From positions 216,690,001 to 216,754,000 of the forward strand of contig OZ024743.1 in the NCBI GenBank assembly GCA_964016885.1: a stretch of 64,000 nucleotides of DNA. The letters run 5' to 3'. This DNA comes from Eledone cirrhosa. Taxonomy: Eukaryota. Under the pieces are notes generated by a model, which was not told where the DNA came from, ran no database searches, and saw only the letters and a program-made list of their open reading frames with translations. The position numbers and the translations under genes were made by a program. Below, one piece after another: positions 40,341 through 54,308 of the stretch (positions are counted from its first letter, which is position 1; each line of letters opens with the position of its first letter).

Positions 40341-41599
40341 CATATAGCAGTTTCAAGAATTTCAATGAACGGAATATTTTAAGTCATCGTGTTTGTTCTA
40401 AAATCGAGGATTAATTGTCTATATGAATGTATTATTCCATTGCAGATGACGTTCAGTTTAAATATTTTTCACAATTCCAAGCCTTCCTTAAATACCTTTT
40501 TCCACAAAATGACTTTGGAGGAGTGTGTTTGCTACTGAGGAAGAGTAATCTATAAAGGACCATAATGGTTTCTGTTATTAGCAAAAGGCCAACAATTTTA
40601 AGAAAGATAAAAGCCAATTTAATAGACTCTGGTGCGTTACTGGTACTTTATTTTAACGACCATGTTATGATTTCTAAAGGACTAAAACTTCCAGCATTTT
40701 CTGGCACTGAAATGTTGGAGATTGCCAGATTGGTGCCGTCAATTCGAACATATGAAGCATTTGATTATTGCCCGTTCGTGTCTTTAAATATTGACGCCAT
40801 ATCCCGTGCCGATGATTCTAAAATAATATAAAGATAAGACAAAATATAAACATGTTTGCTATGGTATGATATTTGTACGTGATACAACTTTATTTACACA
40901 AGTATAACGGTAGCCTTAAAAATAACAATACCACCACTAACACCATCTCAAATAGCAACGATAATAATAACATAATCGACAATGTTGACAACACAGACAG
41001 CAGAAACAATAGCGAGAACAATAATAACAGCAGTATTAGCGATTACCGATAACATGAACAAGACATTCAACCCGGAGGGTAAATAAATTGTTCACTTAAT
41101 TCCTCCCTTCGATATTATGATCAGAAAGATGGAATAATTAAAATGGTTGGTTTAGCACTGCAAGCTGTAGGCTATCTAAAAAGGTTTTGGTGGAAATGAG
41201 GAATAGATTTTGAAAAGCATGACAATCTTAAAACCTTGGCTGTCCCACCCATAACATGGCTGCAAATAATTCATGCGACTTGTAAAAAAATGTCCAAGTT
41301 ATTAAGAATACCACAACGCATGCTTTTATAATGCAACAAAAGAAACCAATTCTGATATTTACGCATTCATTTTCCAATAAATTTTCATATAACATTGCAT
41401 TCTTTGTAGGGTTTTCGTAATGTTTCATTATTCTTTGTTCAGCTTTGGAATTTTTGGCAAATAATTAAATAAACATTTTTCTCACCATTATTATTATAAC
41501 CATTTATTATTGTATCACTCTAGCAATAACAACGCCTTCGATAAATCTAATTGGATAAGGTGAATGTACTATAATTATATTTCTTCTTATCGTATTCCT

Positions 41600-41650
41600 G
41601 TCGTCGTCGTCGTTGTAGTAGTAGTAGTAGTAGTAGTGGTAGTGGTAGTG

Positions 41651-41684
<34 letters not shown>

Positions 41685-41800
41685 TAGTAGTAGTAGTAGT
41701 AGTAGTAGCAGCTGCAGCAGCATCAGCAGCAGCAGTAATAGTAGTAGTAGTAGTGGTAGTAGTAGTAGTAGTAGTAGTAGTAGCAGGAGCAGCAGCTGTA
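41600..41800. repeat. (GTA)n/(GCA)n microsatellite
   Basis: Direct trinucleotide repeats. Confidence 0.95.
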
Positions 41801-42851
41801 CCAGTAACTGTGCAGCATCATCAGAAATATGAAATAGCTAGTTACATGCCTTTTCCTATAACATTTGTGGCTAAGAATGGAGGAATATTGGTATCATATC
41901 CCAAACTTTTGCTAATGGTTTTTCGTATCTACGTTGTCAGGAGCAGCATGGACAGCATATAGAAAACTTTCCCTTTTCACCTAAAGGGATATTTAGGATG
42001 CAACTGAAAGGTTTCATCAGGACTGTTTTGCTACTTTATTTAACCGGAGATGAGTACTTAAATTTGCAAAAAATATAACAATCCATTCTATCAATTTCTG
42101 ACATATAACAGGAACTTAGTAATTGAACTAACATAACATTCCACTTAGAGGCTACCACGAGGAAATGTTACCTTATAAAACGGCGATTATAAACATTTTC
42201 CCAAAGATATACATTTGGGTACATCTTTATTTGGGCATAAGGCCACAAACTTTCTCTATATCTTCTATTTTCTGGCTAAATAGAACTTCACATCTTCATA
42301 TACATTTCAGCTTGTGCTCATTTGTTTGCCAACATCCCTGTTTTTTTTTCTTCATCTTCGCTTCAGACATCTGAATTGAACAGCTCATTTCTTTTTCGTT
42401 CTCTATTTCACTCTGGTAAAGTGTGAGTTAGGTCCTAAAATGAAGTCCTCGTAATTTTTCTTGAAGGCCACTTTATTTACACGCGAGTACACTTCGTAAG
42501 ACTATGGCGAGAACAGCATTACATTGCTTATAGTAATGACACTTTATAAATTATTGTTTTTGGTGTAGTTGAAATAGTTGAATCGCTGTTTAGCCGCTAT
42601 CTCTTTTTTTTTATTTGCTTGAACGTATTTCAGTGTTATTATTGGCGACAATGCAGACAGGTTTATTGTTCTCGTTGATAAAGTCTGTGTGTGTGTGTGT
42701 GTTGGGGGGCATTGTGATTTTTAAAAATATTATATCAATCTTTGAAATAAAGTAGAAAAGCCCCCATTTATATAACATAGGGGTGTCTTTCCAACTTTTC
42801 CCATTGTCCTTTTTTCTTCCCTACACGATGCTATTTACAAATATTTCAGAC

Positions 42852-43250
42852 ATGCTTTCCAGCGTAGTTACGTTCCTTTACGATCTGAGTTCAAATCCCG
42901 CTGAGGTTAACTTTGCCTTTCATCCTTACGGGGTCGATAAAATAAAGTACCAGTAATACACTTGGGTAATTGCTGGCCTTGTGCCAAAAGTGGAAACAAT
43001 TATTCTTAGTTATTTGCACGCAGCGTCTTTTTTCTCTATCGATTTTCCATTTAGGCACACGGCCAACAACTTTTTAGGGAAGGGAAAATTCCGTTAAATC
43101 GACCCCAGTGCGTAACTGGTGCTTTATTTTATCAACTCCGTAAGGATGAAAACTAACTTCGTCAGGATTTTAACTCAGAACGTAAATCCCCATAACCCTA
43201 TGCCACAAAGCTTGCTGTTAGCCGCTCTATCTATCCTGCGAATCCGCTAA
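42852..43250. mobile_element. Two SINE copies tail to tail (~42852-43003 plus, ~43025-43250 minus)
   Basis: B-box and central domain seen in both orientations. Confidence 0.8.
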
Positions 43251-43479
43251 GTGAAGGAAAGGACAGAACCTTGGAAGAAGAATCGGGTGAATGGAAAAAT
43301 CAAGTAAATTAGAAAGGAAATCAGGAAACTCGAGTCTTTATTAAACGGGACATTATAAAACGTAGTTACTAATGATAGATCACAAGGAAAAATAACATCA
43401 AGAGAGAAGGGATAAATGTTGTCATAGTGGAACTAAAACAACATGATATAGACAAAGGTGCAAAAATCAAAATACATGA

Positions 43480-44580
43480 GTGCAGAGTTAACCAGTATAT
43501 ACAAAACCGCATGTTTGACAGCAACTAGTCTTCGCTTTTCAAATTCCCATCTAAATCCTCAATTGTGAATTTCTTCCGCTTCCACCCTATACAAGTTTTC
43601 AGGTATTAGACATGTCGCAGCGTTTCTTGCCAGCATTTTAGCATCTATTTTCAATTTAGTTAATATCTTTGTCACAATTTCTGTTGTTTCTTCTTTGTTT
43701 TCATTTTCATCATATATATATATATATATCAACCGATTACGTTTCTCTTCTGAATTTATTCGCTTCCTTGAAAACGAATAACTTTTTTTTTTCTTTTGAT
43801 CATCTGCTGTGGATTTTGTATTTACTTTCCATTATACATTAGATATTTTTGTAGTACTATTCAGATTATCATAATGGCTTCCTAGTTGCAAAAGGCGCCT
43901 TCATCCTTGTGTTTGTGGTAGATATAATCATCATTGCGTTCTTAGTAGATATAATCATTCTACATCTGATTTTGGCGAAATGCAGTAATTATTTTTCTTG
44001 TTTTTCTGTCTATTTCTGCAAGTAATTTTAGTGTCCAGTTCAGAATCTTAAAACTGTAGCTTATTACTGAGAAGCCTAAGTTATTGATGCCTGTTATCTT
44101 ATTGTTTTCATTTAGTTCTGTCTCAATTAGTAAACTTTTCCGTCTATAGTAGCCCTTTTTAATCTAGTTTTCATCTTTGCTTAAGCTTGTCTGGTTCATT
44201 AATTCCCGGGGAATTTGTATGTCTATGTCTGATCCAATTCTTTTATCTCATTTTCTTTTTATCTAACGTAGTATTGGTGTTTTCTGCTCGTTTTTATCTC
44301 TTCAGAGTTGCCTTGGCATATTTCTCGAGTTCAAATGTTTGTGAATTAATATACTATTTGCAGCAGTGTTTCAAGTTGTCTATCGTCTGCAACGTACAAC
44401 TTCAGGTCGTTCATATGCAGGAGATGGTTATTTTTCTTGCCGTAGTATTAATATCCAAGATCAGTCGCATTTAGTATCTAACATAATGGTGTAAGTTCGA
44501 AACAAAGGAAAAGTTTTGATAGGGAACCGTTTGAAATATTCTGTTAATTAGGATGCGCTCAGCTTTTATAAATCCATCTC
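43480..44580 (-). pseudogene. Decayed R4/Dong-like non-LTR retrotransposon RT region
   Basis: NHLLHMNDLKLY (HLLYMDDLKLY type); NKITGINNL..VISYSF.ILNWT...IDRKTRKI..PKSDVE*LYL. Confidence 0.75.
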
Positions 44581-45481
44581 TCGAGTGTATGTTCAGAACA
44601 GTTTGCCGCTTAATTAGTGTGTTTCGTATTTACGAATAGAGGACGCTTTCAAAAGCCTTCTAGTTGGCAATATATACCATGCTATAAACTGCAGTAACAC
44701 TACATTTACGCGTTGGATACGATAGCTTTCGATTGACCACTTTGTAGCTTAAATGACAATAATATTGCTAACGGGAACATTTTAAAACGCCACACGCAAC
44801 AAGTCAGGATGAACTAAAAGAATATATAGCATTATCAATTAAAAAAAAGAAAGATATGAAAGTAAAACTAAAACAAACTAACAAACTACTGCAATATTTT
44901 ACAGATTTGTTAGTTCTCACTGATAGACATTTAATTCATTCTAGTTTATTTGTCGATGGCTTAAGCGGCTTATCGGACTTGCACAGAGGCAGAAATCATA
45001 AATAATTAAAACAGATACTGAATGTGAGTGAAGTGATGGCGAAGAGAATAAACAATTGATTGATTGACCTGAATGAGGCTTTATGTGGTTTTGTGTAGAA
45101 TGGGGAAAAGAAAGAATGAGAGAAAGAGAACTGCGTGTGGTTGAAGGAGGGATGAAAATTGGAAAGAAAACAGAGGACGTTGTATAAGCAGGTTGAAGAG
45201 TGGAAATGTAAAGATGAAATGATAACGATGGTGAAACGAGGACAGAGAAAAATGGCCTAAATCAAATAGAAAAGAATAATAGGATTATATGTGTATATAC
45301 GTGTGTGTCATATATGTAAATGTATCTGTGTGCTTAGGTGTATACATGTGTCTCAATATGTCTATCATTTTTGTATGTCTTTGCGTATATATCTGCGTGA
45401 TGTCTATAGCTGTATGTATGTATCTGCAGACTATTATTGTGTGTGAAAGAGAGAGGGTGGTCAGAAAGAAGGTGCAGTAAA

Positions 45482-45512
<31 letters not shown>

Positions 45513-45561
45513 AAGAGACAAGCAATGATAAAGGAGTCTTGGAAAGATATTAGATGGAAAA

Positions 45562-45657
45562 ATAATTGTTTCTACTTTTGGCACAAGGCCAGTAATTACC
45601 CAGTGTATTACTGGTACTTTATTTTATCGACCCAGTAAGGATGAAAGGCAAAGTTAT
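45562..45657 (-). mobile_element. 5'-truncated SINE
   Basis: 3' half of the family; flanked by the direct repeat ATGGAAAAATAAT (probable TSD). Confidence 0.8.
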
Positions 45658-46149
45658 GGAAAAATAATGCGCACAAAATTATAGCGAGATAGTACAGAGA
45701 AATTGTGACGTTGAAGTTCACGAAAAATAAATACAGATTTCGGAGAGTAAACGGGGAACGTGTTAAACGTGATGCTCTCTCTCTCTCTCACTCTGTCTCT
45801 CTATCTTCTCTCTCTCTCTGTGTCACTCTCTCTTCTCTCTCTCTCTATATATATATATATATAAATGTTTATGTGTGTGTATGATTGTATATACATGTAC
45901 ATATATATATATACATACATATATATATATCACATACATGTTTGGGTGCATAAATGTATAGAGGAATAAGAGATTTCTGAGAAACCTTTCTTCTCTAGCT
46001 AGACTAAGGTTGCGGTCATCTTGAATTAAAATGAAATATATTACGCTTGTCCAGTATTGATTCCCGTGATATTTAATTCTCTCTTCAATATTTGCATTAT
46101 TCTTTTTTATTTAATATTTTCATTTAGCTTTATTTTAGTTGTTTATTTG

Positions 46150-46220
<71 letters not shown>

Positions 46221-49200
46221 GTTTATATATATATATATTTATTTATTTATATATATGTGCATTGAGTTTGTGAGTGGTGTGTTTGGTGTTTGTGTGTGTG
46301 TAAATGTGTAGGTGTGCAAGTGTGTGTTTGATTTTTAATTTCACAACCACACATGACGACATTGAGGAAATACGAATCAATATGGAACTTCGGCATATTG
46401 GCAATAATTGAAATAAAAATCTCGGTAATTGAGAAAAAATAAAAGGAAAGGGAGGGGGAAAGCGGTAAACAGAAAAGTGTGATAGAATAAATAAAACAAC
46501 ACAATTATAGAAATAATACAATAATAAAAATACAATTAAATTATTAAAAAAGAGTTTTATAGCGTTGATAGTTTATGAGTGTCTTCTGAAGTGACCAAAA
46601 ATATATTTGCTGTTTTGATTGAATTATTTCTGGGTTCAACCTGAGCTTATAGATATATGATTATGTTCGAATAAAATACCATTGAACAATTCATCTATGG
46701 ATTATATCATTATGAGCGTGATTAGCCACGTAGGCGGAGTATAGGTGAACCAGACGAGAGGCTTTGTTCGTATCCTACCACTCGCTTTACAAAGTGTCAG
46801 TATCGAAGTCCCTTCTCAGCCCTAACAAAGCAGAGTGCATTTAGTTGTAAATTAGTTACCATATTTTATAAACAACTCACAGTTAATGATTATCGTTAAA
46901 ATCAGCTTTGGTTGATCTTACATAATCTCAAAATCGTTTCAGTCTTGAACATTACTTTATAGATTTGCCGGTCTAGGAAGACTTGCTATAGTCGTGGGCA
47001 TTCTCCCTTTCCTCCAAATGAAAGAAATGTATGAAAGATTAATTTACAATCTGTATTTCCACTTTTAAACTGGCATCATGTGTGTTTGGTTGTTGTTTTT
47101 AGATTTGGCAGTTATTACTAATATATCGAAATACCATGTAGAGACTGTGTGTTGTAGTACTGATTAATTGACAAATGGTTAATTATATTGCCTACCAGAG
47201 TTCAACAACTTCTGCGGGTATATTTTAGAGATACCGTTTCCCAAAATAATGTGCCCAATGTATATTACAATCGAAATTATTTTCAATGTGTTCCTCTATC
47301 CAAATGAGAATTTATGAGACTGCATTAATAAGTCTATGACGATATGAATATTATGTAGACCATTTTAACACCACTCTTACCGCGTCTGAGAACATTTCAC
47401 TATAGAGAAATTGTGATATTCTTTCTTTTTGAGTGAAAAAACCTCACTTATGGAAGTTATAATGTTTGCAATATCTGGTATATGGATAATACAAAGCATT
47501 GGACTGATTCAAAATAGAATCATATATTTTACACAGAAATACAATTAAATGAATGACGATATGACCGCGAGTATGTTAACATACGTTTCAGGAGACCATG
47601 TTACTTCTTAATGATGAAATATACATACAATTTACTTGTATTTTATCGTTCTACCAACACTAGGAATTGAGAAATTACTCCTCACTTCCCTACATTGTCT
47701 CTCTTAGTTCGCCATCCATTTCACACCATACTAAATGCGTCTTACTGTGACACTAACGCGTATATGCTACCGTGTGGTCTGTGGGACTGGAGAAATTGCT
47801 CTGTTTTACATTGTCTCCGAATGTGTTCGAAAGGGATAATCTAACAGAAAGTGATGCGAAAAAACCAGGGTGAGAGGTGGGGCAATGAGAGAAATGTTGA
47901 GTACGATGGGAAAAATAATGTTTGGATCGTAAACCTTCAACATTCTTTTGATAGGATTGTACTTCTTAACCTGCTACCAGCTTTGGTTTGTCCTAAGTAT
48001 CAGGAGTTAGTTATTATATATTGATGTTATTGCTACTTATCCACCTTGAGAATCCTATTGGAATGTACATATGCTGAGTAACACTCCTTTCATAAGGATG
48101 ATGAGAAAGACGATATTGAATATATTCTTGGTCATAATGATATTAAGTTATGCTATTCGTTAACATATGTAAAGATTCTCACTAACTAGATATGTAAGAT
48201 ACCCCATAGTACTTACATTTCAATGTAGACACTTGAATTGGTGCATAGTTAGCATAGCTACACAAAGACAACGATTCGACGGTAATTATGAAACAGTAAT
48301 TCAAAGAAGTAAAATAATTTAAATACAAATTAGTGTTTATTTATTGATTTATTTTGATGTGTGGTTCAAAATCGAAATTTGCTTTAATCGACGACAGATG
48401 AAAGAAATGTAATTAAAAGGAATTCGAATTCGAACACGCCTGTTTACAAAATGTTAGTCTGCTCTGTTTTCATATTTCATTTCAAACTGAATATTTTAAT
48501 TCAATTACAAAATATAGAGCCAATTCCACGCGTCTCTATCGGATATGTCAATTTATCGAGTAAAGTTGTGTGTATATTTTACACGGTATAAATAACCAAA
48601 TCCATATAACTAGATCACTGGGGACTTCTTCCTACATTATGACATGAGTCACTATGTAGTCGCCCGGCCTCTTATAAATAACAGTCTAATCATCGCAATT
48701 CACAGCCTAATCATTCGCAATTCACAGCCAGTTCTCATTTTATGTCTCCCTCTCTTAAGGTGACTAATATGATTTTACTTTTAAAATCTGTGCATAAATT
48801 CTTGCCTTTAAATCTTAGATAATCTTTCTGAAATCACACTGTGCTATCTTTTAAGAAATGAATAGGATATTGGATAATGAAGGGTAAGAATATGCTTCCT
48901 ATGATGATGAGGTTAGGGGTAGAACATAATTTTGTTCGATAAGTTATGCGCTCGTGCAAAACTACATGTACAATAACTTTTGAGCATATACATTAATTAA
49001 CCTTCTAAATAAATATTTCTGACCTGTCTATGAAATAATTTTCGAATTATAATCCCATACAGAAATACATATATGCCGTGGGGCATTCGTATAACAGTAA
49101 TTAATATATCGTATAACACTGATTAATATATCTATACACCAGGGTTGATATATTCTCGTTAATTAATGGCGTGAAATCTCTTAGACTGGGGAAGCATATG

Positions 49201-49559
49201 GTGGTTTGAATCATCCTGAATCTTATGGGATCGAAATACCTCAGAATTTTGACGTTTTACGCGTCGTAATTTGCGATGAGATACTTAAAGCATCAAGGTG
49301 GGTGAAAATAAAAGAGCGGGTTGTGAGAGGAGTGAAGATCTATATACATATATACGGAAACTGTTATGAAAGTAGGTGCACTTACCTCATTTAAGTTGAT
49401 AAGGAAATTTAAGACACAGGTACATATGCAACTGTTCATTATAGAAGTTTTCTTGAAATTAACTTCGTTTAATTCCTCATCCAAAATGTTTTGAAGGTGA
49501 CTTGCACATTATAGGTTTGATGCCTGGAACGAAAATCAGTGCTGCGAACGCTGAGACAC

Positions 49560-50150
49560 TTGTTCTCACAAGGAAGACGTGTGGAGCTCGATTTATATGT
49601 AAATGGATTTAACTGAGGAAGGTAGAGGAGTTCAAGTATTTCGGGAAGGCTGAATGTGCACGAATTGCAGGAGCTAGTGCAGTAATACGCCAGCTTCAGC
49701 ATTCAGTAATCAGAAGAATTGGGGTAGGTGTAGACATCAAAATTGTTACCTTCAATACGGTATTCGTGCCGACCCTTACATATCATCATGAATCTTGGAT
49801 AATGACCGAAAGAGTACGATCGCAAATATAAGCGGCTGAAATGGGGTTCGTCCGAAGGCTCTTTGGAATAAGGTTATTTGATAGAGTGCGTAGCTCGGAG
49901 ATCAGAGTGTCACTCTAGGCAGAGCCACTTCTCCGAATTGAGAGATTGCATCTCAGATACTATGAGCATGTAGTTAGAATGTCTCAGGAAAAATCGCTCG
50001 ACACATTTTACAAGACCCTGAGCAAGATGGTTGGTTTTGCTTGGGGATCCAGCCGGATCAGTTGGAGACTGGAGGTAGTGTTTGAGGATTCTTCCCCCAC
50101 GACTCACCCGAAACGAAGAAGAAGAAGAAGAAGAAGAAGAAGAAGAAGAT
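49560..50150 (+). pseudogene. RTE-clade LINE 3' fragment followed by (AAG)n
   Basis: FVPTLTYHHESWIMTERVRSQI*AAEMGFVRRL..DRVRSSEIR..IERLHLRYYEHVVRM. Confidence 0.85.
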
Positions 50151-50639
50151 ATACCGGTAATGATCATCCCGTCTATATGTATAACAATATCAAGATTGTT
50201 TAATCTATCTTTTCTTTGAGACGGTGGAGTGTAAATTGAGGAAGGTTTGGTCGTTTGAGCGACTATATCAATCCGAGAACCAATATATACTGATAGCTTT
50301 TTACCTGAGGCAGAAATAAAGTCTGTACCCTTTCTCTCTCCCTTTCTACCTCTCACTCTCTTAATATTCGTATTTCTCGTTTTCTATTCCCCACTTTCTC
50401 TTTTTCTCAGTTCGGATCTAGCTGTCGAAACGGCCGGAGCCAGCCGTCAGCGTCCTGACTCTTTCCCTATTTATCATGTTATGTATATATATACCATTTT
50501 CCATTTCATTCTTTCAAAGAGACACTTGGTGTAAGCGTTGCCGCGCGATATGCGTTTCTGGGAGAGAGTATGATAAGTTGTGAGGGGAAGGTCTTCAGTT
50601 ACTTCACTTATATAAAAATGCACACATTAACTTTAATCA

Positions 50640-50952
50640 CGCCGAGGTTAAATTTGCTTTTCCTCCTTATAGGGTCTATGAAATAAAATACCAGTTACGC
50701 ACTGGGATCAATTCATTAGTGTTCCCCTTCCCCAAAATTGTTGGCCGTGTGCCTAGAGCAGAATCAAGTGCGATGGATTGGCAGTATCGGTAGATGATCG
50801 GATGCCATGCTTTGCAGCATAGAGATACGCCCCTTTATGATCTGAGATCAAATCCCACCGAGGTTAACTTTGCATTTCATCCTTACGGGGTCGATAAAAT
50901 AAAGCACTAGTAATGCACTGGATAATTGCTGGCCTTGTGCCAAAAGTAGAAA
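50640..50952 (+). mobile_element. Two tandem SINE copies
   Basis: Central domain at ~50640 and ~50855. Confidence 0.8.
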
Positions 50953-51168
50953 TATTTTTTGTTAATATTCACACACACACACAGGTACGTGTGTAGACAT
51001 ATAATAGAAATGCTTTTAAACGTGCGTAGCGCAAGTATAAACGAATATATGAATGCTAGCTACGTTCAATAATTAGAAAATGTAGATAGTGATAGATAGA
51101 AAAAAGCATATATGCAGCACAAATTGATCCGTTTCAAACGTACATGCGCACTCGAACTCACTTCATGA

Positions 51169-51202
<34 letters not shown>

Positions 51203-51812
51203 ATGTGTGTGCGTATTACATACAAATATATATATATATATATTACATATATATATATTTACGTATGTGTGTGTGTGTGTGTGTATCTATGCATGCATGT
51301 ATGTATGTACGTATGTATGTATGTATAGTCCATTTCTGACACTCAATAGCTCTATTATTCATCGAAATCTCTCTATTACTTATGCATACAATCGCAATTA
51401 CCAACGTTGGCAAGTGTGAAATGAAATTCAGATTACAGGCCTCCGTCCCCAACTTGGTAATCAATGTAGATCGATCCGCTGAATAGCCGCTTAATTCCAT
51501 GGCAATGTCAGCTTAAGTTTTAATAATAATTACGCAATAATAGTGTTTAATCGATAAGCCTAAAACCAGGTTTCTTGTCTCTGAACCAAGTAATAATCTA
51601 CTCGCTACTTGATTATATATTGTGAAGGAGTTAATTTATTTTTTCTTTTCATTAATATTTTCATTAATTTTTCTTTAAAGTAACTTTGAAACCTTCTGCA
51701 GGAAGGTGTGTACAATCATATATATTTGTTCATGTTCCTATGAAAGATATTGCGTGTGCACACCTCTGTGTGTGTGTGTGTGTGTGTGTGTACGAATACA
51801 AGAAGCTTTATG

Positions 51813-52150
51813 TACGAGGGTCGGCTGCAAACTTCCATAGGCTGTCTATAAATGAGTGATGCGAGTGCAGTGAATTATTTCATGCATTAATTTCAAATCT
51901 CATTATTATTATTAACTGCAGTGGATTGGCAGTATCGGTAGAGTTCAAATCCCGGAGAGGTTAACTTTGCCTTTCATCTTACGGGGTCGATAAAATAAAG
52001 TACCAGTAATACACTGGCCTTGTGCCAAAAGTAGAAACAATTATTATTATTAACTGCATTGTTTCCTTCCAGCGACTATGATGAAAAATATACCTTATGT
52101 GGTCAAAACATGGGAGTATCCTGGTCAGCCTATGAACTTTTCAGCTGATC
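51813..52150. mobile_element. Mariner MITE interrupted by a SINE (51921-52039) with a 19-bp TSD
   Basis: TACGAGGG..ATAGGCTG / GGTCAGCCTATGAACTTT; ATTATTATTATTAACTGCA at 51902-51920 and 52040-52058. Confidence 0.8.
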
Positions 52151-52451
52151 AAGAATTGTTATTTTTATGTGTACCTTTGTCAACAACCTTCCATCAACAA
52201 GTATATCCATTCAGCATGTATGTTTGGACTAATTCTTTGACTAATTCTTTCTGTCACTGTCTGTTTCTCTCAACTTATCTCTCTCTCTGTCTCCCTCTAT
52301 CACTCTCTCATATATATATAGAGAGAGAGATCATGTGTGTGAGAGAGAAAGAGATGGGGACAGAGAGAAACAAGAGAAGGAGAGACGTATATACTTTATA
52401 AAGGCGAAGTCTGAGTTTTATTACTCTAAAATCTCTCCTTTTTACCCACGC

Positions 52452-53012
52452 GGTCTGGTGAGTAAACAAGGGGCGCTCCTATGTAATACGGTTAAAACTT
52501 TGCAATATATTTTTGGTAGGTATATTTAGAAGTTGTTGTTGTTGTTACGAGGAACCAGGTTTGGTAGAAAGATATGATAGGAATATCGACAACGACTTTA
52601 GCTCGTTTTTACATTCTTTATTAACCAAGGTTAAGAAGTGAATTAGGCTGGCATGCCAAGAGAAATGAAACAAATCAATTAAGATTACAAGAGAAAATAC
52701 GGTCGACTGGCTGAGGCGTTCAGCCAATTCCGTAATAAAATTGTTGTGTCGTTACATATTGTTTGTGCTGGCGGAGCAAAAGAACAAGTGTGTTTACCTT
52801 AGCACGGTCTAGCTCGAAGTGATAGCGTCCTCAAATCTTTGCGGGCTATTTCTCCCTCAGAACGCGTAGGGATACATCCTCTTCTACTGGCGCTGATTGG
52901 CTGAGCTGTGCCAAATCACGCACAGAGAATGTATGTGAGCCCGCAGAATGTAGGTCTGGTGAGTAAACAAGAGGCGCTCCTATGTAATAAGGTTAACACT
53001 TTGCAATATATT
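52452..53012. repeat. ~60-bp direct repeat, period ~501 bp
   Basis: GGTCTGGTGAGTAAACAAG.GGCGCTCCTATGTAATA.GGTTAA.ACTTTGCAATATATT occurs twice. Confidence 0.85.
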
Positions 53013-53149
53013 AATGTACGACTCTCATTATTACGCACACATACATGTATATAGATCAACCAATCAATAGGTTTCATTGTTTGCCTGGAGTCCCTTTACT
53101 TCCTATTGCCATCCACTTTTATCTTTAATCATATTCTGCATTTCAAGAG

Positions 53150-53760
53150 GATTGTAGTTTATGTCATCACAAGTCTCTTTGATATACCTCTTGGCTTATT
53201 GTGCTCTGTTAGCTCTTCCTTGTTTTGGATCCTACAAACATTTTCACAGAAAATATCATCTTTAGGTCTCCAACAATACCTTGTGAATCTGACACTACTC
53301 TCCTCGATGATGTCTGATACTGGATGAATGTTCCCATACAGTCGCTCATTAGTCTCTAAGTGATAGCCGAAGCCACTTTAACATGTGAGTGTAGCTTCCC
53401 TTTAACCTGCTTTCCAGTTTTTGAGGATTGAGTCCATGCTGCGCAGCCATACAATAGAGTAGAGATAAGAGTTGTACGAAAATGGTCCCTTTTAGGGTGG
53501 TATGGAAGTCTAGATTTCTACACTAGTGATAATTTGTCAATGGCACTCAAAAATTATCAATATGCTTTCGCAGCTAGAAATTTTACTACCCAGATAAATA
53601 CTTCTACTCACTTGAGAGGTATTCCAAATAATGTTTTGATAGTTCCATTTTGATTTAAGCTTTTGCATTCCGTTTTGTCTGAGTTAACATTTAGACCGAT
53701 ACCTTTGGCTGAAAGTTCAAGACGATGGAATCGGAAGCCTATGCTAAATCATCAGCGTGA
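53150..53760 (-). pseudogene. Decayed RTE-like LINE RT fragment
   Basis: HADDLA, IGLNVNSDKTE, LISTLLYGCAAWT. Confidence 0.7.
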
Positions 53761-54005
53761 TTTTGAGAAGATATATATTACTCCATCATGGATGTAGTAT
53801 GATTCAATTGGCTTTAATTATATTGACAGATATTCTGAGAACGTATCCATGTCAATGATGAATTACCACTTGGGGTATGGAAAACTAAAAAATTTAATTA
53901 TATATTCTTGAAGTTATGCAATGATGTATATAATCAAAACAATATAGGGACACGAACTAGGGGCTGTATCTTCCCTTCCTAGGTATGGCAAAAAAAAAGC
54001 CCAGA

Positions 54006-54035
<30 letters not shown>

Positions 54036-54044
<9 letters not shown>

Positions 54045-54222
54045 TTGTGTCTATATTGTATCTGTATTATTTTTGACCGCCGATCAGTCAATGGCAACAT
54101 TGAGGACCGAGTAAGTTAGATCGCAGATATAATAAAGGACAGCGAGAAGCGAAAACCAACCAAACAGTGAGTGTGTTCTGTTATTAATTCTGGCAATATT
54201 ACGCAAATATGACCCTCCCCAA

Positions 54223-54225
<3 letters not shown>
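54036..54225 (+). mobile_element. Solo pLTR of PLE family C in (TA)n
   Basis: Reverse complement of ~1912-2097. Confidence 0.9.

Positions 54226-54308
<83 letters not shown>

Noticed and set aside
48645-48730. TGAGTCA plus TATAAATA and a 22-bp duplication as a promoter
   Set aside because: Such short motifs are expected by chance in AT-rich DNA; no downstream gene evidence
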